The translations under genes were made by a program, and so were the position numbers. From Ralstonia mojiangensis (lineage in GTDB: Bacteria; Pseudomonadota; Gammaproteobacteria; Burkholderiales; Burkholderiaceae), in contig NZ_JAMXHU010000008.1 in assembly GCF_023955645.1 (NCBI RefSeq), positions 21,501-53,500 on the forward strand: 32,000 bases of DNA, in the 5' to 3' direction. Numbering within the stretch: position 1 is the stretch's first letter; each line of letters begins with the position of its first letter. The notes beneath the pieces are model-generated. The model was not told the DNA's origin. It did no database searches and saw only the letters and a list, made by a program, of their open reading frames with translations. Below are positions 26,200 to 32,000 of the stretch, piece by piece.

Positions 26200-27302
26200 T
26201 GCGAGTCGATCTGGAAACCGGGGAGATTCTCGACCTGGAAGCAGGTGAGGGCGCCTGCCAGCCGAAGGACGGAGCGGCAGCGACGGACGAGGCGCCTGCA
26301 GGCGCTTGCCCCCCGCTACTAACAGGGGGGGAAAGTCCAAACGGAGGCAGAGCGGTCATTGACTGGCTGTCTTTCACGTTCACGGAATGGCAGGAATCGA
26401 CGCTTATGTCGATGATGCTGGCGCTGTTGTCGACCTGGTGCGGTCGAAACGTTGGTGCCGAGCCGGCGAATGGCCGTCACGGCTTCAAGCAGTCTCAGCT
26501 GCTGTACGTGTTCCACGAACACAAGTTCGTTCCTGTCGGCGTCATGGCCTGGGGCGGGGAGCAGCAGCGGGGCAGGGCATATGTCTCGCTCAACGGTACG
26601 TGGTGCAGCTTGATCGAGCCGGACATGTGGCCGGTCGTGCGCGGTTGGATTGAGTCGGTTCGCGCGACTCTCACGCGTGTTGACCTTGCAGCTGACTTCG
26701 TCAACGGTGAGTACTCGATTGAGGATGCCGTCGACTGGTATCGATCGGGCGAGTTCAATGCTGGCGGTCGTATGCCGAAGCATTCTTGCGAGGGCGATTG
26801 GCTGCATGCCAATCCGATCGGTGGTCGCACGCTGTACGTCGGAAAGCGTGGTAACGGGAAGTTCTCTCGCCTCTACGAGAAGGGCAAGCAGCTCGGCAAT
26901 GCCGACAGTCCTTGGATGCGTTTCGAGTGTGAGCTCGGCAACCGCGATCGCATTCTTCCCCACGACATCATCACTCGGCCCACGGAGTACTTCGCGGGTC
27001 AATACAAGGTGTGCGCACGCATCGTCGATGCAGCAGCTGCGCGCATTCGCACGACGAAGCTCGAAGGCGAGATCACCATCGGTCGGCTGAAAGCCGCTGT
27101 GAAAACGTCTTACGGTCGCTTCTTCCATGTGCTCCGTCTTATGACTCCCGATCACGCCAGGCTGGTCGACGAGCTCGCAGTTGAGGGCGTGCCCTCACGC
27201 CTGGCGAAGTTCGCACTACATGAGTTCCTCCACCCCAAAGCGTCAGAGACGCCAACTGAAAAAGGACCGCCACCATGGCACTCGCAACAACCTTCAACGT
27301 GA
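26199..27302 (+). CDS. Filamentous-phage replication initiation protein (Rep_trans/RstA-like)
   Basis: From ATG 26199 the product begins MRVDLETGEILDLE and contains RAVIDWLSFTFTE, the conserved DWLxxT(F) opening of rolling-circle Rep_trans proteins. YVGKRGNGKFSRLYEKGKQLG also fits. The 103 upstream codons in the track ORF (from 25890) look like non-coding GC-rich read-through. Confidence 0.8.
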   Translation: MRVDLETGEILDLEAGEGACQPKDGAAATDEAPAGACPPLLTGGESPNGGRAVIDWLSFTFTEWQESTLMSMMLALLSTWCGRNVGAEPANGRHGFKQSQLLYVFHEHKFVPVGVMAWGGEQQRGRAYVSLNGTWCSLIEPDMWPVVRGWIESVRATLTRVDLAADFVNGEYSIEDAVDWYRSGEFNAGGRMPKHSCEGDWLHANPIGGRTLYVGKRGNGKFSRLYEKGKQLGNADSPWMRFECELGNRDRILPHDIITRPTEYFAGQYKVCARIVDAAAARIRTTKLEGEITIGRLKAAVKTSYGRFFHVLRLMTPDHARLVDELAVEGVPSRLAKFALHEFLHPKASETPTEKGPPPWHSQQPST

Positions 27303-27610
27303 TCATCAAGGGCGCTTCGTTCTTCGATGGTGAGATCGATGGCAAGCATCAGAACAGTGGTTGCCTGCATATCGAAGATGAGCTGGAGACGCGTTCCGGC
27401 CGCAACAAAGGTACTCGCACGGTCGAGTACAAGACGATCGATGCTGACCTCGTCAAGCCTTTGGTCGAGAAGTTCGAGTTCCCGATCTCGGCCGAGATCA
27501 CGATCGAGAAGGTGAACACCAAGCGCGGTACCGGTGACATCGTCACGGCCATTAAGCCGATGAGTCGTGTCGCTGGTAACCCGGGCGTTGAAGCCAAGAA
27601 GGTGGCGTGA
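27275..27610 (+). CDS. Putative ssDNA-binding protein (gV-like, by size and position)
   Basis: The 111-aa ORF has an AAAAGGA RBS and overlaps the Rep 3' end by 28 nt. It sits directly after Rep, as in other inoviruses. No motif-level confirmation is possible here. Confidence 0.6.
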   Translation: MALATTFNVIIKGASFFDGEIDGKHQNSGCLHIEDELETRSGRNKGTRTVEYKTIDADLVKPLVEKFEFPISAEITIEKVNTKRGTGDIVTAIKPMSRVAGNPGVEAKKVA

Positions 27611-27759
27611 TGCTCGCGGTGCTCGCGTGGTGCGGTGTTCGTTGGGCGGCTCGCCGTCTCGATCGGAAGCGATTCGCGAATCGCTACATGGTTGCAGCGA
27701 AAGCGTCGCGTCGGCAGCGTTTCTGGGTCGCTGTCTCGCGGGCACTGTTGAGGTATTGA
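27610..27759 (+). CDS. Prophage 49-aa miniprotein (hydrophobic N-terminus, basic tail; below the ORF-track threshold)
   Basis: It translates as MLAVLAWCGVRWAARRLDRKRFANRYMVAAKASRRQRFWVAVSRALLRY. Its ATG overlaps the preceding stop (GTGATG). Its stop is 1 nt before the next ATG. Confidence 0.35.
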   Translation: MLAVLAWCGVRWAARRLDRKRFANRYMVAAKASRRQRFWVAVSRALLRY

Positions 27760-27760
27760 C

Positions 27761-27994
27761 ATGGCTCAGTGCGTGCAAATCGTCAGTGGTCAGCTGCAGC
27801 TCGATAGCACTCCAGCATCGTCGTGCACCGGGTATCTGTTGCTGACTGCTGATGAGGTCACGCTGTTGCATGCGGTGCCGCCACTCTCTGCGAGTGACGG
27901 TGCCCTTATTGGAAGCGCGATGCTCGGTCTTTGGGCTCTCGCTTTCGTTTTTCGGTCCGCAGCGCGGGCCATCATTCAACGTGAAGAGGAGTAG
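27761..27994 (+). CDS. Prophage small membrane protein (77 aa, C-terminal TM), possible minor virion protein
   Basis: The ORF ends in ALIGSAMLGLWALAFVFRSAARAIIQREEE. It is tightly packed immediately upstream of the major coat gene. Confidence 0.55.
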   Translation: MAQCVQIVSGQLQLDSTPASSCTGYLLLTADEVTLLHAVPPLSASDGALIGSAMLGLWALAFVFRSAARAIIQREEE

Positions 27995-27997
27995 GGC

Positions 27998-28234
27998 ATG
28001 AATAAGTTTTCGCAAGTTGCAAAGCGCGTTGGTTCGAGCGTGTACGGCAAGACGGCTGTGGTTGCGGGTGGTCTCGGTCTGGCTGGCCTGGCACACGCGG
28101 ACGGTCCCGATGTGTCGGCTGTCGTCGCTGTCATCACTGGTGGCCTGGCTGCGATCGGTCTCATCGGCGTGGCTGTGCTGTCGGTGTACGGCACGATCGC
28201 GATCTACAACTGGGTCAAGCGCCCGATCAAGTGA
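27998..28234 (+). CDS. Major coat protein (pVIII-like) precursor
   Basis: A strong GAAGAGGAG RBS precedes the ORF. The 78-aa product has a signal peptide ending LAGLAHA/DGPD. The roughly 44-aa mature part has an acidic N-terminus, a hydrophobic core (VVAVITGGLAAIGLIGVAVLSVYGTIAIY) and a basic DNA-contact tail (NWVKRPIK). Confidence 0.85.
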   Translation: MNKFSQVAKRVGSSVYGKTAVVAGGLGLAGLAHADGPDVSAVVAVITGGLAAIGLIGVAVLSVYGTIAIYNWVKRPIK

Positions 28235-28271
28235 TGCACGCAGGGGAGACGTCCCCGGCCTGGTGTGCGAC

Positions 28272-28296
28272 GGGGACTTCGGTCCCCGTTTTTATT
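28272..28296 (+). terminator. Intrinsic terminator after the major coat gene
   Basis: GGGGAC-ttcg-GTCCCC (UUCG tetraloop) is followed by GTTTTTATT. A second weaker hairpin (GGGGA-gacg-TCCCC) lies at 28243-28256. Confidence 0.65.
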
Positions 28297-28378
28297 GGAG
28301 CTCGTCATGGAAGGCTACTTCGTTCTCATTGCGATAGCGGGTGCTGGATGGATTCTTTTCTCGTGAGGGTGGTGAGCT

Positions 28379-29824
28379 ATGCCCTGGTCCTTTTTTTCTC
28401 GTCCTGCGCGCATCTGGACAGGTTTCCGGCTGGTTCTTGTGACACTGGTTTTAGTTTCTGTCTGTGGCCTGAGTTGGGCTTCTGACACTACTGGGCGTCA
28501 GTGGTCACTTGTTGGTGGTGGCTTCGAGAGCGGTTCTGCTGCTGGTTCCTGTCAGGCGTATTTGGCTTATCTGATTTCTGCGGGGCAGGCGCAGTCCACT
28601 GCGACGTTCGATACCGTGCAGTTGTCGTCGAGCGGAATGTCCGGAGAGTGTTTCTTGACTGCGCCTGGTCAACATTACGTTTTCACCTCTGTTGCTGTTA
28701 CTGGTAGCTGCGTTGCGGGTTATGTGTTGCAACCTGATGGGTCGTGCAAGTCGAATCAGCCTTCGTGTCCTGCAGCTGGCGCTAGCGCACCAGGTGGTAA
28801 CAGCGCGACTGGCACCAGTCCGACGCAGACGATCTTGAATCCGCAGGTCTGTGTTGGTGGATGTACTTACAACTACAGCTCGTATTGGACCGGTGCCACG
28901 CCTGGTCAGAACGGGAGTTATCCCGCGCAGTACACGGGTCTTAGCTCAACCGGTTCTGCGTGCAGTGGGACCGGGACCCCTTCAGCTGCTCAACCATCGC
29001 CTACTGATCCTCCTAAACAGTGTGGTGTTAGGCAGTACGCCGGCACTGTGAATGGTGCGAACGTATGTATCGATTATCCGATCCAGACCACTGGCGGTAG
29101 CACGTCGACGACGACAACTGATCAGCCTGCGAGTAGTCCGGCTGCGAGTTCGAGTAGCTCGTCTCAGACGAGCACCACGTGTGATGGCACCACTTGTACG
29201 ACTACGACGGTGGTTACTGGTGGCGGTGGTGGCGTTGGTGGTGGAGGCAGTGGCAGTGGGGCGAGTGGGGCTGCAGCGAGTCCTTGCAGCACTTCGCAGG
29301 TCAGTACTGGCGCTCAGGTTAATGGTGGTCCTGGTACGTGTACGTCTACGACCACTGAGCCGCAAGAAGACTATTGCAAGAAGAATCCGACAGCCGCGCA
29401 GTGTAAGAAAAATTCTGCGAGTGGTGGTGCCACGTGTGATGCGCCTCCGACCTGTGATGGTGATGCGATTAGCTGTGCGATGTTGCAGCAGCAGTGGAAT
29501 ACACGCTGTGAATTGCAGAAGCACGATGACTCCACGGATCTCGGTTCAAAGCTTGCCAATGGCCAGGATCCTCTCGCCGGTAAGTTGCCTACGCCTGGTG
29601 GTGCCGAACAGGTGGATATGAGCTCGAAGTTCTCGAATGTGGACGACATGGGTTTCGTCGCTCAGTGTTTGCCGGATATCGATATTGCTTTGCCACTGCC
29701 TGGTGGTTCGTCCAATTTTCACGTGTCTACAGCGCCGCTGTGTGACATCGGGAAGTTGCTCGGTTATCTCAACATGCTGAGCACGTTGATGCTTTGCGCC
29801 TACATGCTCAAGGGGAGTTTCTAA
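28379..29824 (+). CDS. Minor coat / host-adsorption protein (pIII-like)
   Basis: The 481-aa ORF has a signal peptide (LVLVTLVLVSVCGLSWA/SD) and Cys-containing N-terminal domains. It has Ser/Thr-rich (STSTTTTDQPASSPAASSSSSSQTSTT) and Gly-rich (GGGGGVGGGGSGSGASG) linkers, and a C-terminal hydrophobic anchor (LLGYLNMLSTLMLCAYML). Confidence 0.8.
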   Translation: MPWSFFSRPARIWTGFRLVLVTLVLVSVCGLSWASDTTGRQWSLVGGGFESGSAAGSCQAYLAYLISAGQAQSTATFDTVQLSSSGMSGECFLTAPGQHYVFTSVAVTGSCVAGYVLQPDGSCKSNQPSCPAAGASAPGGNSATGTSPTQTILNPQVCVGGCTYNYSSYWTGATPGQNGSYPAQYTGLSSTGSACSGTGTPSAAQPSPTDPPKQCGVRQYAGTVNGANVCIDYPIQTTGGSTSTTTTDQPASSPAASSSSSSQTSTTCDGTTCTTTTVVTGGGGGVGGGGSGSGASGAAASPCSTSQVSTGAQVNGGPGTCTSTTTEPQEDYCKKNPTAAQCKKNSASGGATCDAPPTCDGDAISCAMLQQQWNTRCELQKHDDSTDLGSKLANGQDPLAGKLPTPGGAEQVDMSSKFSNVDDMGFVAQCLPDIDIALPLPGGSSNFHVSTAPLCDIGKLLGYLNMLSTLMLCAYMLKGSF

Positions 29825-30142
29825 ATGCCTTTCGCTGCTTTGTTGGCTTCGGCCATTGTTGGTTTTCTCGCGCAGGCCTGCGTGTCACTGGTGGGTCGTG
29901 TGTTGGTCGCTCTCGGTATCGGCTTCGTGATGTTTACGGGCGTCGACGCGATGATGAGTGGGTTGAAGACGCTGTTTCAGCAGTACGTGGCTGGTACCGG
30001 TACGTTGCCCTGGAATGTGATCGGCATTCTTGGTGTGCTGAAGGTTGGCACCTCCATGAACATGATCCTCACGACGTTGGGGATTCGCGCGTCGCTTTCC
30101 GGTTTGAGCGGTGGTTCGATTCGCAAGATGGTTCAGAAGTGA
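29825..30142 (+). CDS. pVI-like minor coat protein (DUF2523-like)
   Basis: The 105-aa ORF has three hydrophobic segments. Its ATG abuts the pIII-like stop (TAAATG). Size and position between pIII and pI fit inovirus pVI. Confidence 0.65.
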   Translation: MPFAALLASAIVGFLAQACVSLVGRVLVALGIGFVMFTGVDAMMSGLKTLFQQYVAGTGTLPWNVIGILGVLKVGTSMNMILTTLGIRASLSGLSGGSIRKMVQK

Positions 30143-30149
30143 GGCCGCT

Positions 30150-30335
30150 ATGCGTATGACTTGCGAGGGGTGTGGTGTGGAGTTTGAGACGTTTACATGC
30201 GACTACGTGTGCGTGCGGTGTGAGACGGCGGGGCAGGTTGCCTTGGATGAGTTGAACGATGAGCCGTGTCGCATGTGTACTGGGATTGGTGAGTGGTGGG
30301 ATCGGCCTTGTCCCGTCTGCCTTGGAAAGGGTTAA
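30150..30335 (+). CDS. 61-aa zinc-finger miniprotein with DnaJ-type CxxCxGxG motifs
   Basis: It translates as MRMTCEGCGVEFETFTCDYVCVRCETAGQVALDELNDEPCRMCTGIGEWWDRPCPVCLGKG. This gives four CxxC pairs, the last two as CxxCxGxG. I prefer ATG 30150, just after the pVI-like stop, over the track start at 30111. Confidence 0.6.
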   Translation: MRMTCEGCGVEFETFTCDYVCVRCETAGQVALDELNDEPCRMCTGIGEWWDRPCPVCLGKG

Positions 30336-30344
30336 GGTGCTGAC

Positions 30345-31493
30345 ATGCTGACACTCATCACTGGTCAACCTGGTAACGGAAAAAGTCTCTACACGATCGC
30401 CACGGTGGAGGCGAAACGCCAGGCCGAGAGTCGTCCGGTCTTCTATCACGGCATTCCTGAGCTCACGCTTCCGTGGACCAAGCTGGAGGATCCTGCGAAG
30501 TGGTACGAGTGCCCTGAGAAGTCGATCATCGTGATCGATGAGGTTCAGAAGGTCATGCCGCCGAGGCCTTCGAGCTCGAAGCCTCCGCAGCTCGTGTCGG
30601 AGCTGGAGACGCATCGGCATCGTGGGTTCGATCTGTTCTTCATGACGCAGGACCCTAGCCTGGTCGACAACCATCTGAAGAAGCTCGCCGGCGAGCATAT
30701 TCACCTGGTTCGTCAGTGGGGTCGGCAAAAGGCGGACCTGTTCAAGATGCAGAAGGTGCAGGACCCGACGAATGCGAACTTGAAGCGCGCGTTGCACAGC
30801 ACGTTTCCGTATCCGAAGCAGGTGTTCGACTGGTACAAGTCCGCCGATGCTCACACGCACAAGAAGTCGATTCCGAAGAAGTATTACCTGCTGTATGCCT
30901 TGCCGGTCTTGCTCGTCGTTGCACTGCTCGGTGGCGTATGGAAGTTGTGGAAGTTGTCGCATCCTGACCAGGTGAAGCCTGCGGCTGCAGCTGCTGCACC
31001 TGGTGCGTTACCTGGTCAGCCTGGTGTTCCTGATGCACCAGCTGCGGCACAGCGTGGTCCGATGACTGCGACGGAGTATCTCGCGAGCTATCAGCCTCGC
31101 GTCGCTGGCCTGCAGTACACGGCTCCCGCGTATGACGAGCTCACGAAGCCGTCGAGGGTGCCGGTGCCTGCCGCCTGTGTGCAGATCCGTGGTGGCTGTG
31201 AATGCTGGACGCAGCAGGGCACGCACCTGGAGACGACGCAGCAGGTGTGTGACCAGGCGGTGAAGCGTGGTTTTTTCGAGGCGTTTGAACCTGACGGTCG
31301 CGCTAGGAACCAGGAGCGTGTCCAGGTGGCGCAGCAACCCGCGTCTGCGCCCGCTGCACAGCCTCAGGAGGTTCGGATGGTGTTGGACGTCGCCAAGCCT
31401 GAGGAAAAGGCCCAGGAGCCTCGCAAACGCACGGTCATAGGGTCGGGGAGGGCTCGGCGCGTTGATGAGCTTGAAGCCTTTCCAGAGGGTTAG
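30345..31493 (+). CDS. zot: Zot-like assembly ATPase (pI homologue)
   Basis: It has an N-terminal P-loop (LITGQPGNGKSLY), Walker B (IIVIDEVQ) and a central TM (YYLLYALPVLLVVALLGGVWKLW). A periplasmic region with GGCECWTQQGTHL follows, then an Ala/Pro/Gln-rich tail. Confidence 0.9.
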   Translation: MLTLITGQPGNGKSLYTIATVEAKRQAESRPVFYHGIPELTLPWTKLEDPAKWYECPEKSIIVIDEVQKVMPPRPSSSKPPQLVSELETHRHRGFDLFFMTQDPSLVDNHLKKLAGEHIHLVRQWGRQKADLFKMQKVQDPTNANLKRALHSTFPYPKQVFDWYKSADAHTHKKSIPKKYYLLYALPVLLVVALLGGVWKLWKLSHPDQVKPAAAAAAPGALPGQPGVPDAPAAAQRGPMTATEYLASYQPRVAGLQYTAPAYDELTKPSRVPVPAACVQIRGGCECWTQQGTHLETTQQVCDQAVKRGFFEAFEPDGRARNQERVQVAQQPASAPAAQPQEVRMVLDVAKPEEKAQEPRKRTVIGSGRARRVDELEAFPEG

Positions 31494-31670
31494 CGTCTAG
31501 CGTCGGGAGTGTCCGCGCCTTTGACCAGGCGGTAGAGGTGGGGCGTGGGCAGGATCTCCGGCGGTTGTCGCACGGCTAGTGCGGCTGGCGGGACCGAGCA
31601 GCGGGTATGACCAGGAGTATCGAAAATGGTCGCGTGGATCCAAACACCCCATTCTTTGCAAGCTCGCTTT

Positions 31671-32000
31671 TCAGCAGTGGTTGACTGCCATTTGCTCGTC
31701 TAGGGTCCGCAGGTTGTTCTTGATCATCTCCACCATGAACGCACCGCCTGGCGAGTTCATTGTTTCCACCAACGATGCACGGCTTTTCGCCAGGCTTAGG
31801 CAGTTCGATTTCCGCTGTTCTTCGCGCTGTTGCTTCGCAGCTCGTTCGGCCGGTGTGCCGAATTCCATCGTCGCTTCCATCGCTCGTTCACACGGCTTGT
31901 CCGTGATGACCGTTTTGCCGTTGATCTTGCAGGTGTTGACCGTCTGTGCCGCGGCTGTGGGGATGGCGATACAAACGAGGAGCGGTAGGATTGTGCGCAT
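31671..32000 (-). CDS. Secreted small protein (DUF4124-like N-terminal motif), possibly prophage cargo
   Basis: The 109-aa ORF starts exactly at the window end. It has a signal peptide (MRTILPLLVCIAIPTAAAQT), then CKINGKTVITDKPC and a charged helical region. Its codon style is closer to the phage than to the host genes. Confidence 0.55.
   Translation of the reverse strand: MRTILPLLVCIAIPTAAAQTVNTCKINGKTVITDKPCERAMEATMEFGTPAERAAKQQREEQRKSNCLSLAKSRASLVETMNSPGGAFMVEMIKNNLRTLDEQMAVNHC

Larger units (their letters stand above)
25359..32000 (+). mobile_element. Integrated filamentous (Inoviridae-type) prophage; left end at a dif-like site, right end beyond the window
   Basis: It has the canonical inovirus module order: repressor, Rep, ssDNA-binding-size protein, small TM proteins, major coat, pIII-like, pVI-like and Zot/pI. 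Genes are tightly packed or overlapping. Codon style is visibly less GC-rich and more T-ending than the flanking host genes. A dif-like sequence lies at the host junction. Confidence 0.85.

Noticed and set aside
25544-26383. Long minus-strand ORFs inside the prophage (25544-26383, 26319-27155, 27152-28096, 28982-29524, 30069-30962)
   Set aside because: They oppose a tightly packed plus-strand gene set that has RBSs, stop/start overlaps and recognisable Rep, coat, pIII-like and Zot products. Their products are R/S/T/P-rich with no motifs. Third-position bias favours the plus-strand frames.
28231-28485. An 84-aa plus-strand ORF spanning the coat terminator and the pIII-like start
   Set aside because: It runs through the intrinsic terminator hairpin and overlaps the pIII-like signal peptide in another frame. 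It has no RBS and an implausible sequence.
29217-29275. A repetitive GGT/GGC/GTT/AGT tract, considered as a tandem repeat or VNTR
   Set aside because: It is in frame within the pIII-like gene and encodes the Gly/Ser linker (GGGGGVGGGGSGSGASG). It is a coding low-complexity linker, not an independent repeat element.
31633-31640. CGTGGATC, which resembles the operator half-site CGTGGATT, considered as a distal fourth operator
   Set aside because: It is a single 7/8 half-site with no palindromic partner. That is too short to distinguish from chance.
1-32000. Window-wide check for CRISPR arrays, rRNA, tRNA, IS elements and integrase genes
   Set aside because: I saw no regularly spaced direct repeats, rRNA or tRNA-like sequences, transposase or recombinase ORFs, or terminal inverted repeats. 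The only mobile element supported is the filamentous prophage.

Overview
High-GC betaproteobacterial (Burkholderiaceae, Ralstonia/Cupriavidus-like) chromosomal window; the taxon is inferred from gene content and codon style. All calls come from reading the sequence and ORF translations, with no searches run. From left to right: (1) 1-6.5 kb is a quinate/shikimate-to-protocatechuate locus: shikimate-dehydrogenase-family enzyme, MHS-type MFS transporter, PcaR-like IclR regulator with PcaR-type operator boxes, QuiC-type 3-dehydroshikimate dehydratase fused to an HPPD-like domain, and a porin. (2) 6.6-10.4 kb holds a DadA-like FAD oxidoreductase preceded by a textbook tandem glycine riboswitch, then eutBC. 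(3) 10.5-13.4 kb holds chrA, dbpA and a small zinc-ribbon ORF. (4) 13.9-25.3 kb is an 11.4 kb, eight-gene, same-strand array with zero, short or overlapping junctions. It encodes a class-I-type PhaC, an OMF lipoprotein, a HlyD-type MFP, a fused double-ATPase/ABC-2 protein (RbbA-like), an ABC-2 permease, a phasin-like protein, a MaoC-Pta fusion and AckA. This linkage of polyester/acyl-CoA chemistry to a tripartite exporter is unusual. (5) From about 25.36 kb to the window end lies a filamentous (inovirus-type) prophage with no integrase or secretin in view. It sits directly behind ackA at a dif-like XerCD site. It carries a divergent HTH repressor whose ORF crosses the junction, a tripartite palindromic operator, Rep, an ssDNA-binding-size protein, several tiny membrane ORFs, the major coat, a pIII-like protein, a pVI-like protein, a DnaJ-type zinc-finger miniprotein and Zot/pI. 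The right prophage border lies outside the window. No rRNA, tRNA or CRISPR was seen. Most long antisense ORFs in the track are GC-driven shadow ORFs.
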